Part shown: positions 35,391-36,265 of the stretch, one piece after another | Layout of the letters: each line of letters starts with the position of its first letter | Numbering within the stretch: the stretch's first letter is position 1 | Virus record (IMG/VR): IMGVR_UViG_3300020161_002845 | Span: 1-36,265 of that record | Reading direction: 5' to 3' (one strand) | Length of the DNA: 36,265 nt | Origin: a virus | Taxonomy: Duplodnaviria; Caudoviricetes | Made by a program: the position numbers and the translations under genes | Notes under the pieces: model-generated | What the model was told of the DNA's origin: nothing | What the model saw: the letters and a program-made list of their open reading frames with translations, nothing else | The model's database searches: none

Positions 35391-35760
35391 GGAACAACTC
35401 CGGATAGAGAATCTCTCGAATGTCGCGTTCGAAGTCATTCTTTTCAGTGATGAGTTTCGCCGCGACGTAGCCGCTGGCCCAATCCCCTGCGTCGGCGATC
35501 CGCGCCATGGGTAGTGCCGCGGTGGCGGGTACGGAGACCGTGACGGCGACCGATACGGAATAGCTGACCCGGTCGAATACGTCGTTACCCCAGTACACGT
35601 GGTCACCCGTGCGTCGTTCAACTCGCACGGTGTGCACAGGGTCACCGGTATTAACCGTTAATACTCCCGGTACATCCTCCTCTTTGTCACCTCCTTTTTC
35701 TGGTTCTTTTCCCCGCTTCGCGACTCGGGTGGTCTTCACAACGGCTTTGGATATCCGCAT
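35380..35760 (-). CDS. Hypothetical protein (126 aa)
   Basis: Tightly packed in the minus-strand operon. Confidence 0.65.
   Translation of the reverse strand: MRISKAVVKTTRVAKRGKEPEKGGDKEEDVPGVLTVNTGDPVHTVRVERRTGDHVYWGNDVFDRVSYSVSVAVTVSVPATAALPMARIADAGDWASGYVAAKLITEKNDFERDIREILYPELFHGK
35649..35663. repeat. 15-bp palindrome site 16 (TATTAACCGTTAATA)
   Basis: In CDS, VLTVN; perfect. Confidence 0.95.
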
Positions 35761-35761
35761 A

Positions 35762-36265
35762 TCACCCCTGGAGCAGCTTCTTCAGCGCCGTGATCTTGAA
35801 CTCACCGATTGGCCCGCCGACACTGATGGAGGAGTTCTCGGTACGCTTGGCGCGGTTGGTCGCTTCAGCGTCCGCAGGAGTGAGTGCACCCGCCTTCAAC
35901 AGCGTAGCGATGACTTCGTCATCCACCTTCTTGACAACACCGCGCCGGGTGAGCACGCCGGGCGGGAGGGCGTCCACTGCGTAGACCTCTTTCGGAGTGC
36001 CGCCAGTCACCTTGAAGTTGAGGACGTCGGTGCGCTTCTCTTCTTTCACCGTGTCTTTCGCGGCCACCAGTAGTTCCTCGTACTGGTCCGCGAGCGCGAA
36101 GAACTCCTCCATGAGTTCGGCATTCGCGGTGACGAACTCGCGCAGGTTGTTCGCTGCGATGGTTGCGAGCTTCGCCTTCTTGTCGGCCAAGCCTTCCGCC
36201 CGCGGCTTTGCGCTCTCGTTGGGCTGCGTCGTCTGCGTACGACCAGATGCCGTCGCCGCTACCAC
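35762..36265 (-). CDS. Hypothetical protein (5'-truncated)
   Basis: Open to the window edge; its stop lies 1 nt before the next ATG. Confidence 0.65.
   Translation of the reverse strand: MVAATASGRTQTTQPNESAKPRAEGLADKKAKLATIAANNLREFVTANAELMEEFFALADQYEELLVAAKDTVKEEKRTDVLNFKVTGGTPKEVYAVDALPPGVLTRRGVVKKVDDEVIATLLKAGALTPADAEATNRAKRTENSSISVGGPIGEFKITALKKLLQG

Noticed and set aside
2163-35663. Palindromes as a CRISPR array, given the Cas4-like gene
   Set aside because: Copies are 15 bp, kilobases apart and inside genes. There are no spacer-sized intervals or other cas genes, and solo Cas4-like nucleases are common in phages.
2163-35663. Motif as a repeated protein motif (LTVN) or a mobile-element end
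   Set aside because: It occurs in three frames and intergenically. I saw no target duplications, transposase or disrupted genes.

Overview
A 36 kb segment of a GC-rich (roughly 60% by eye), large contractile-tailed (myovirus-type) bacteriophage genome with two convergent arms. The + strand (1-22195) carries virion genes: a gp25-like wedge fragment, giant baseplate J-like and wedge proteins, a glycine-zipper protein, tail proteins, a lysis cassette and a 1818-aa beta-helix tailspike. The - strand (23422-36265) carries replication/recombination genes: DnaB-like helicase, DnaG-like primase, probable SSB, family A DNA polymerase, RecA/UvsX, two resolvase-like nucleases, a Cas4-like nuclease and a histone-like KPAT-repeat protein. 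Between the arms is a ~1.2 kb region with small membrane ORFs, terminators, hairpins and a ~10-bp-phased repeat. The main finding is an AT-rich 15-bp palindrome, TATTAAC(C/G)GTTAATA, present 16 times (9 perfect, 7 with one mismatch), mostly 2-2.9 kb apart across both arms. Ten copies lie inside genes, in all three reading frames. Three of those carry the substitution that removes the stop codon a perfect copy would create. This points to a DNA-level, genome-wide binding-site grid of unknown function. All product calls come from motifs recognised by eye, not from database searches.
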